Shown piece by piece: positions 57,926 to 64,000 of a stretch of 64,000 bases of DNA; positions within the stretch are counted from its first letter, which is position 1; every line of letters begins with the position of its first letter. The position numbers were made by a program, and so were the translations under genes. The DNA comes from a virus. Lineage: Duplodnaviria; Heunggongvirae; Uroviricota; Caudoviricetes. Under the pieces are notes generated by a model. That model was given only the letters and a program-made list of their open reading frames with translations. It was not told the DNA's origin and ran no database searches. The stretch is taken from positions 37,503 through 101,502 of IMG/VR virus record IMGVR_UViG_3300001487_000052; one strand, 5' to 3'.

Positions 57926-58519
57926 ATGGCTGAATTAACTGAAAACGAGATTAATCTCAATACTGGTTGGAAAGACGAAGAGACTGTAAATAGTATTGTT
58001 TATCAGGTTTATTCTATGGGTGCCTTCCGTGGTGCTTATGGTGATGAAGAAATTAATTATGATTTTAATCCCGGTACTACAACTACTTATGCATGGGGAG
58101 TGAAAAGTAATTTTAGCCCTGTTTCTGGGGTTACCTATAGAGAAGTTACATCTGCTCCTACACCAACTACAGCAGGTGAAGAAGGTGAAATTGTAGTTCT
58201 TAAGGGAAATCCTGGTGATGATGATGATGTTTATTATGAGTGTACTAAAGTCACAGTAACCCCCAATTCTAGAACTACCATGGCCCTCAATCCCGCAACT
58301 GAACTTAAGTCGAGTGATACCGTAGAAGCTACTTTTACTGTAAGTGAGGATCTTGCAGCCCTCTACCCTAAAGCTATCGTAAGTATTGATGGAAAAGAAT
58401 ATACACTAGGAGTTCTCGATTCACCTATTACATTCTATATGAATAGAGACCATCGTGTTTCTATTAACTGGGTTTGTAATGAGCTTGTTGAGACTTTCCG
58501 CATCATAGCTAGACGATAA
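57926..58519 (+). CDS. hypothetical protein (197 aa)
   Basis: ORF. Followed by a hairpin. Confidence 0.45.
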   Translation: MAELTENEINLNTGWKDEETVNSIVYQVYSMGAFRGAYGDEEINYDFNPGTTTTYAWGVKSNFSPVSGVTYREVTSAPTPTTAGEEGEIVVLKGNPGDDDDVYYECTKVTVTPNSRTTMALNPATELKSSDTVEATFTVSEDLAALYPKAIVSIDGKEYTLGVLDSPITFYMNRDHRVSINWVCNELVETFRIIARR

Positions 58520-58532
58520 GAATGAAACTTTT

Positions 58533-58568
58533 ATGGGAGACGAAATTTAATAAAGAGTAGTCTCCCAT
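58533..58568 (+). terminator. 9-bp-stem hairpin (ATGGGAGAC/GTCTCCCAT); weak terminator or processing site
   Basis: Read directly. The downstream tract is only moderately T-rich. Confidence 0.3.
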
Positions 58569-58580
58569 TTCTAAAACTCA

Positions 58581-60158
58581 ATGCCAATGAAAAATAGTGA
58601 AATTTCTACTGTAGCTATATCAAGGAATAAAGAGATTCAGGCAAATATACATACTGCAATGGTCCGCCTTAATGAGTTTAATGGTTGGAAGGTTGGAATG
58701 CCGTTAATGGTTAAGTACTACAATGAAGACCATGAGGTAGATACTTTATTTGCAGTTGGTGTTAAGGATAGTGGATCTAGTGTAATCTGGAAAGAACTAA
58801 GCGAAGCCCCTAGTAGTTATATAGATGTTCCAATACTACCCGTTGATGGTGGTAATACTCAAACAGCTTATAGAGAGAGAAAATTCTTTAAATTCAAAAC
58901 TTACTGGGATAATGCTGATGCTGTAGCTGTTACTTATACTTGGACTCTATTAAGTACTGAACCACCAGAAGGAGACTATAGGGTAATCTATCATGTACCT
59001 GTTAGCTCTAGCGAAGCAACTCCAGCAAATCCAGCAACTAAAGGATGGAACGACGAAATAGTAAAGGTTGTTTTGGGTGTAGAAGAAGGAGAGGACTATG
59101 ACCTTTCTTACTATCTCTCCTTTAACTTAGCTGAGGTTTCTTACTGGAGATGCAGAACAAATGAGGTCCCCGGTGTAATAGTACCTCCCGATAATAAACT
59201 CCCTGACAACCCTGTAATCAACGCCATCTATAGACTAACCGACTATTATGTATACGAAAGCGATACCTGGAGACGCATTGATGAAAGTGATATATCTGGG
59301 GAGCCGGTTGTCGTATTTGAATTACCTAAGATCGGAGAACCTGGTGTAACTTATCAGATAGACGAGTATTATGCCTTTTTCGGAGTTTGGGAAAGATTAG
59401 AATATATCCCAGAATCCTATGATATTCTTGTCGATGATGAACTTCCTGAGGTTGGGGAAACTGATAAGATTTACTATGTTGTTCCTGATAGATATTATTC
59501 CTGCACTCATAATGGAACTTCTGGTCGTGATTTCTATGATATTATTTCAACAAAGGGAATATATGCTGTAGATGATGTTCTAAAACTAAGACCAGGAATT
59601 TCTTATGCCTTGAATGGTGAGCACTACCTTTATTATTACGAGACTCCAAAAGATGAAATTGCTGACAACGGACAATGGAAGATAGCCAGAAGACTTGGAA
59701 ATAGCTTGGGTAATGGTATACCTCTGGGAAGCAAGCCCCGTGTCTTTAAGAGCCTTTCAGATAATCTCCAGTATTTTTATCAAGATGGTAAACTAAAAAG
59801 AGAAAATGACTTTATTACACCCTCTGAATTAGCCGAAACACCAGAAATTATAGAACTAAGAGAACAAGTTGATGAAATGATGAATCACCTCTTCCCACTT
59901 ACTATAACCATAACTTCGGGCGGTGGAATTTATCCAGAGGGAGAACTAGTAAGACCAAGAATCTTCTGGACTATAACTAGAAGGGATACTGATATTCAAC
60001 CTACTGCAGCGACCGTAAATGATTCTACAGAGGGTGTCGGTTCAACTTTCCTTGGTTATTCTTCTTTAGATGTTATAGATGAGAATACTACATATACAAT
60101 TAAAGTCTGGTACGGCCGTCAAGAAGTTAGTACAACCGTTACTTATACTTTTGTGTGA
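58581..60158 (+). CDS. hypothetical structural protein (525 aa)
   Basis: Long ORF. Confidence 0.5.
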   Translation: MPMKNSEISTVAISRNKEIQANIHTAMVRLNEFNGWKVGMPLMVKYYNEDHEVDTLFAVGVKDSGSSVIWKELSEAPSSYIDVPILPVDGGNTQTAYRERKFFKFKTYWDNADAVAVTYTWTLLSTEPPEGDYRVIYHVPVSSSEATPANPATKGWNDEIVKVVLGVEEGEDYDLSYYLSFNLAEVSYWRCRTNEVPGVIVPPDNKLPDNPVINAIYRLTDYYVYESDTWRRIDESDISGEPVVVFELPKIGEPGVTYQIDEYYAFFGVWERLEYIPESYDILVDDELPEVGETDKIYYVVPDRYYSCTHNGTSGRDFYDIISTKGIYAVDDVLKLRPGISYALNGEHYLYYYETPKDEIADNGQWKIARRLGNSLGNGIPLGSKPRVFKSLSDNLQYFYQDGKLKRENDFITPSELAETPEIIELREQVDEMMNHLFPLTITITSGGGIYPEGELVRPRIFWTITRRDTDIQPTAATVNDSTEGVGSTFLGYSSLDVIDENTTYTIKVWYGRQEVSTTVTYTFV

Positions 60159-60469
60159 TGAAAGAACTAATAACCTTAATAAAAGATTGGGATGAGAAAT
60201 ATGCTAAACTTATAATCAACCCAACACCAAAGAAAAAACATAAAGGAAATAAGGTCGAAACTGTAGTGTGGGAAGCTAAGACTTTACTTATTGAAAAACC
60301 ATATAATAAATCATCAATAACAGAGGCTCTTATCAGAACTAAGTATTCGGAAACAGATGAGCTTGAGATTCTTAGACGAAGAAATATAGAGCCTGAAGAA
60401 TTCCAAAGTTATAATGAATTTGTTGAGGGTTGTAAGGATATTGCTAACAGTCTTAATCCTTATAATTGA
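60155..60469 (+). CDS. hypothetical protein (104 aa)
   Basis: ATGA-coupled ORF. Confidence 0.4.
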   Translation: MMKELITLIKDWDEKYAKLIINPTPKKKHKGNKVETVVWEAKTLLIEKPYNKSSITEALIRTKYSETDELEILRRRNIEPEEFQSYNEFVEGCKDIANSLNPYN

Positions 60470-60774
60470 AACAAAAAAAATTGACTATGCTTACTAAACC
60501 AATTGGAAAGAATATTTTTATAAGTATGGATGAGGACTTGGATAGGATAGATAAGTTCTTTGATAGATATAAGATGAAAATTCTCTGGCTCTTTGAAGAT
60601 GGGGTTATGTTTGAATACCCTCCAGAACTTCAAGTTAGATATGATCCAGGAGATGCTAGTTTTGTAGATTCAACAACCGGCGCACTAATTTTAACTTATA
60701 TCGAGAACTTTGGGGCCTTAGAGTTTCTTAATTCCGACCAAGAAGTTGTGTTTAGTATAAAACTAAATGAATAA
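60466..60774 (+). CDS. hypothetical protein (102 aa), last + strand gene
   Basis: ORF. Followed by a strong terminator. Confidence 0.4.
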   Translation: MKQKKLTMLTKPIGKNIFISMDEDLDRIDKFFDRYKMKILWLFEDGVMFEYPPELQVRYDPGDASFVDSTTGALILTYIENFGALEFLNSDQEVVFSIKLNE

Positions 60775-60775
60775 A

Positions 60776-60834
60776 TAAAAAAGGGGAGTATCATTATTAG
60801 ATATTCCTCTATTTTTTTTTACTCCCCTTTAAAA
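60776..60834. terminator. bidirectional rho-independent terminator between convergent genes
   Basis: AAAAAGGGGAGTA...TACTCCCCTTTAAAA inverted repeat with a T10 run in the loop. Lies between the + block and the - strand flotillin gene. Confidence 0.65.
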
Positions 60835-62832
60835 TTATTCTCCTTCGGGTTCTGTCTCGGGTTCAGGATCCGGCTTAGGCTCTGTTGCATGATTTTTGTC
60901 AAACGCATCCAACATACCTAAGAGACCTTGAGCACCAGGGACATTTTCTTTCAGAGTATTTACAGATTCAACTGCCTTGACAATACCGGAAAGTAAGCCA
61001 GGAACAGTGTCAGTGCCTCCGAGAACAGTGACGTTTCCAAGTTTAATATGCTCGAATTTCTTAGCGTCAGCCTCAGCGATGTGTTTGAGTTCCTCTTTGA
61101 GAACGAACTGAACAACCTGACCACCAGACATACCAGCATCAAGGAGAGCCTGGAGATCAGCGGTTGTAGCGGCCTTCTCAAGTTTCATGGCTTCTGCAAC
61201 AGCTTTACGACCCTCAGCCTCAGCAAGTGCCTTTGCTCTAATAGCATCAGCTTCTGCAAGAGCTTTTCTACGGATAGCTTCAGCTTCACCATCGGCCTCT
61301 GTAATAGTTTTCTGCTTGATACCCTCAGCCTCAGCAATTTTACGATCAGCCTCAATCTGAGTACCAACCATGATGTTAGCAGTCTGAATAGCTTTCTCAG
61401 CTTCAGCTTCAGCAAGAGCAACTTCCTTTCTCTTATTAGCCTCAGCGATACCTACGGCTTTTTCCGAGTTTGCCTTAGATTCACCGATGATCTGGTCAGC
61501 TTCAGCACGCTCCTTACCTAAGTTGGCATCAGACTTTGCAACTTCAACTCCAGCCGTATTTTCAGTAAGTTTGGCATCCTTTTTAGCGATAGCCCTACGT
61601 TTCTGTGTACCGGCTTCAGCTTCAGCAATTTTACTCTCTTTCTCCTGCTCTGCTTCTCTGATTTTTGCTTCAGCGTCTTGAGTAGCAGCCTGTTTACGAG
61701 CTTCTGCATTTTGCTGGAACTCGACAATACTAGCATCAGAGTCTTGAGTGGCCTTTTGCTGTGCTGTACGAGATTCAGCTTGCTTTTCAGCGATAGTGGC
61801 ATCTCTCTTTGCATTAGCGGCAGCAGTCTCGGATTCAGTGAGGGCCTGTTGTTGGGCAATAGCAACATCCTTTAGTTTCTTCTGCTCAGCAACTTTCTGG
61901 GCCTGTTCGGATTGAGCAGTGGCAACCTGTACTTCTTTCTCCTTCACGACTTCGGCCACCTGAGTAGCTTCTTCTTTGGCGATATTAGCAGTTTCCACGG
62001 ACTGATCTTTCTCAATCTCACGGGTCTTAATTGCCTGTTCCTTCTCAGTGCTTCTCAACTTAACGTCACGATCCTTCTCAGTCTCAGCAACGATAGTCTT
62101 CTGGTCACGGTCATTCTCAGCCACCTTAGTCTGCTGTTCCTTCTGAATCTGAGCAAGACTAACAGCCTTCTCTTTCTCCTGCGTAGCAATACCGACTTCA
62201 CCGTCTTTGGTCTTCTCAGCAATGTCAGCGAGGGCCTGATACTTAGCCTCACTAGCAGCTTTCTTACCGAGGTTGACAATATATTCGGCGTTATCAGAGA
62301 TGTCAGAAATATTGATGTTGATAAGAGTAAGACCAAACTTCTCCAGTTCATTAGAGATGTTATTCTTACTAGATCCTATGAATTTTTCACGATCTGCAAT
62401 AAGCTCCTCAACGGTCATATCAGCAATAACAAGACGCATCTGACCCCAGACAACATCCTTAATCTGGCTGACTTTTTCTTCTTCCTTTAATCCGAGAAGA
62501 CGGATGGCAGCGTTTTGCATAATCTCTGGCTTATCCGAGATGGCAACAGTAACAACAGTGGGCACATTAACTTCGATCTTTTGTTTTGAGAGTGCCCCAC
62601 TGAGGTTGCAGGTAATTTGCATAGGTTTCATGCTCATCACTGCATGTCCCTGAATAACCGGCCATACAAAAGCAGCTCCACCATGATAACATTTGGCAGA
62701 TGTTTTTCCGGATGTTTTACCATACACCACAAGAACTTCATCCGAACGACATTTCTTGTAGCGGCTCAAAATTCCAACAATAGTCAGAATCACAAGGAGT
62801 GCAATAACTCCAGCAATAATGTAAATTTGCAT
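60835..62832 (-). CDS. flotillin-like SPFH/band-7 protein (YqiK/FloT-like)
   Basis: N-terminal TM helix, SPFH-like region, long Ala/Glu/Lys coiled-coil (AEAEAEKA..., RKALAEADAIRAKALAEAEGRKA), acidic PEPETEPEGE tail. Confidence 0.75.
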   Translation of the reverse strand: MQIYIIAGVIALLVILTIVGILSRYKKCRSDEVLVVYGKTSGKTSAKCYHGGAAFVWPVIQGHAVMSMKPMQITCNLSGALSKQKIEVNVPTVVTVAISDKPEIMQNAAIRLLGLKEEEKVSQIKDVVWGQMRLVIADMTVEELIADREKFIGSSKNNISNELEKFGLTLININISDISDNAEYIVNLGKKAASEAKYQALADIAEKTKDGEVGIATQEKEKAVSLAQIQKEQQTKVAENDRDQKTIVAETEKDRDVKLRSTEKEQAIKTREIEKDQSVETANIAKEEATQVAEVVKEKEVQVATAQSEQAQKVAEQKKLKDVAIAQQQALTESETAAANAKRDATIAEKQAESRTAQQKATQDSDASIVEFQQNAEARKQAATQDAEAKIREAEQEKESKIAEAEAGTQKRRAIAKKDAKLTENTAGVEVAKSDANLGKERAEADQIIGESKANSEKAVGIAEANKRKEVALAEAEAEKAIQTANIMVGTQIEADRKIAEAEGIKQKTITEADGEAEAIRRKALAEADAIRAKALAEAEGRKAVAEAMKLEKAATTADLQALLDAGMSGGQVVQFVLKEELKHIAEADAKKFEHIKLGNVTVLGGTDTVPGLLSGIVKAVESVNTLKENVPGAQGLLGMLDAFDKNHATEPKPDPEPETEPEGE

Positions 62833-62848
62833 TGTTTAAAAATTTTGG

Positions 62849-63400
62849 TTAGTTAATAAAATAAATTCCATTGTTAAATTCTATCAACTCCACCTGTTCA
62901 CCCGTCCTGTAATCGGCTTTACCCGATTTTGATGTAACTTGAATCATTGTGGTATTCCCGGAGATAGGGATGCTAAGATCATAGTTTCCATTTCCAGTGT
63001 TCAGATAAATAACACCAGAACGACCAACTAATTCTTCACCACTCTCCTTTCTCTTCTCACATGCTAACTTAGAAATAGCATAATAAAGGAGAGCTACTAA
63101 AAGCATAACTACAACACCAACCCCTATCGAAATTAACCAATCGTACCATAACCAGGAACTAGGTCGGAGGGGTTTGATGAGGACGAGATACCAAGAGGCC
63201 CCAAACAAGAAATGCAGAACACCTTTTGGAGAGATGAGTGTACCAAGGTCAAAATCTCCAAACCCATCTCCATCGACATCTAAATCCATATCTATGCCTC
63301 CGAAGACTAATGTTAAGATTAATTGACCTACTACCAAGAAAGCTGAAATCAATGCAATCCAGCCAGGTAGGTTCCAAAAATCTAAGTCTAATACATACAT
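62849..63400 (-). CDS. NfeD-like membrane protein (YqiJ-like) upstream partner of flotillin
   Basis: Multi-TM N-terminal half plus a C-terminal OB-fold-like soluble domain (GRSGVIYLNTGNGNYDLSIPISGNTTMIQV...GEQVELIEFNNGIYFIN). Canonical gene order is NfeD then flotillin. Confidence 0.65.
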   Translation of the reverse strand: MYVLDLDFWNLPGWIALISAFLVVGQLILTLVFGGIDMDLDVDGDGFGDFDLGTLISPKGVLHFLFGASWYLVLIKPLRPSSWLWYDWLISIGVGVVVMLLVALLYYAISKLACEKRKESGEELVGRSGVIYLNTGNGNYDLSIPISGNTTMIQVTSKSGKADYRTGEQVELIEFNNGIYFIN

Positions 63401-63434
63401 AACACTAAATTGTATTTGTTTAACATATATTCAA

Positions 63435-63704
63435 TTATAAGGAATAGAGATATCCAATCTTATCATGTCTACCTATCTCTACTTCCTCTACAAACCTCAC
63501 TGTTTCTTCAGTTAATTCTCTTCCTAGGTATCTATTAGGAAGACTATAAAATCTCCAAGAGTAAGAAACTAATATTCTCTTAGTTAACCTTTTTCTTACT
63601 TTACTATAAGGAAAATTTAGATAACGACGAATCTCAGTGAATAAAATTTTTAAGTCACCTCCTATATAGTAAACAATTATCATCTCAGGTATAAGGCTTA
63701 GCAA
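63435..63704 (-). CDS. hypothetical protein (89 aa)
   Basis: ORF only. Confidence 0.25.
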   Translation of the reverse strand: MLSLIPEMIIVYYIGGDLKILFTEIRRYLNFPYSKVRKRLTKRILVSYSWRFYSLPNRYLGRELTEETVRFVEEVEIGRHDKIGYLYSL

Positions 63705-63716
63705 TTCCTTATATAT

Positions 63717-64000
63717 ATGATATTACTCAGAAAAGCAAAGAAAGTATTACCAGATACAATTAGAAACAAATTGCCGGACCTATTTAAATATTCTGGAACT
63801 CTTACTTATAACCTCGAACACTACTTTGAATACTGGAAAGGGAAAAAATTAGTGGGAGCCGTACAACTAGAATATAGAGATCCGGTGCTGGTGAAATTTA
63901 AGCCAGTATTCTCTCTGTTCATTTATAACTTTGAGATTGTACCAGAGGAAAGAGGAAAGGGTTATGGAAAAAAGATTATAGAAAGCCTGATAAAAGACCT
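63717..64000 (+). CDS. GNAT-family N-acetyltransferase-like protein (partial; runs off the window end)
   Basis: Open frame from ATG 63717. VPEERGKGYGKKIIESL matches GNAT motif A (R/Q-x-x-G-x-G/A). N-terminus MILLRKAKK faintly echoes the MII motif. Confidence 0.4.
   Translation, partial: MILLRKAKKVLPDTIRNKLPDLFKYSGTLTYNLEHYFEYWKGKKLVGAVQLEYRDPVLVKFKPVFSLFIYNFEIVPEERGKGYGKKIIESLIKD

Noticed and set aside
105-62351. Numerous minus-strand ORFs embedded antisense within long + genes (e.g. 105-419, 1208-1573, 3694-4152, 8740-9162, 61185-61421, 61518-61868, 62055-62351)
   Set aside because: They are fully contained in much longer sense-strand genes with clear coupling. The ones inside the flotillin gene arise from its low-complexity Ala/Glu repeats. 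I treat them as spurious.

Overview
The window is AT-rich and almost entirely + strand. Genes are tightly packed, with many ATGA start/stop overlaps. It reads as the virion/tail structural region of a large contractile-tailed phage, or possibly a phage-tail-like particle.

Recognisable parts:
- a tail-sheath-like gene (1714-4110);
- a 1045-aa coiled-coil protein with an M23 peptidase domain (19463-22600);
- a gpV-like spike (26549-27208);
- a gpW/gp25 - J - I-like baseplate block (35346-37668);
- about 19.5 kb of giant fiber genes (852, 1769, 1571 and 1528 aa) studded with CBM5/12-like Trp-rich modules.

No terminase, portal or capsid gene is recognisable anywhere in the 64 kb.

Things worth a second look:
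1. At least 10 small basic glycine-zipper proteins share an N-terminal decapeptide, M-I-[IV]-x-[RK]-[QE]-K-x-[FY]. Two of them carry HExxH motifs. This may be a cargo/virion-targeting tag.
2. Three copies of a roughly 48-nt intergenic hairpin element show compensatory stem changes. Other GC-stem leader hairpins sit just upstream of family members.
3. A 10-kb accessory island (25.3-35.3 kb) splits the spike from the rest of the baseplate. It holds three tandem paralog pairs, a tRNA-His(GUG), and a DExQ helicase-like gene preceded by iteron-like repeats.
4. A homing-endonuclease-like gene sits next to the sheath gene.
5. A 204-bp near-identical tandem duplication lies inside a fiber gene.
6. After a strong bidirectional terminator at 60.8 kb the strand switches into an NfeD-flotillin operon and a partial GNAT gene. 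This may be the edge of the phage region.

All functional calls come from motifs read by eye. No database search was possible.
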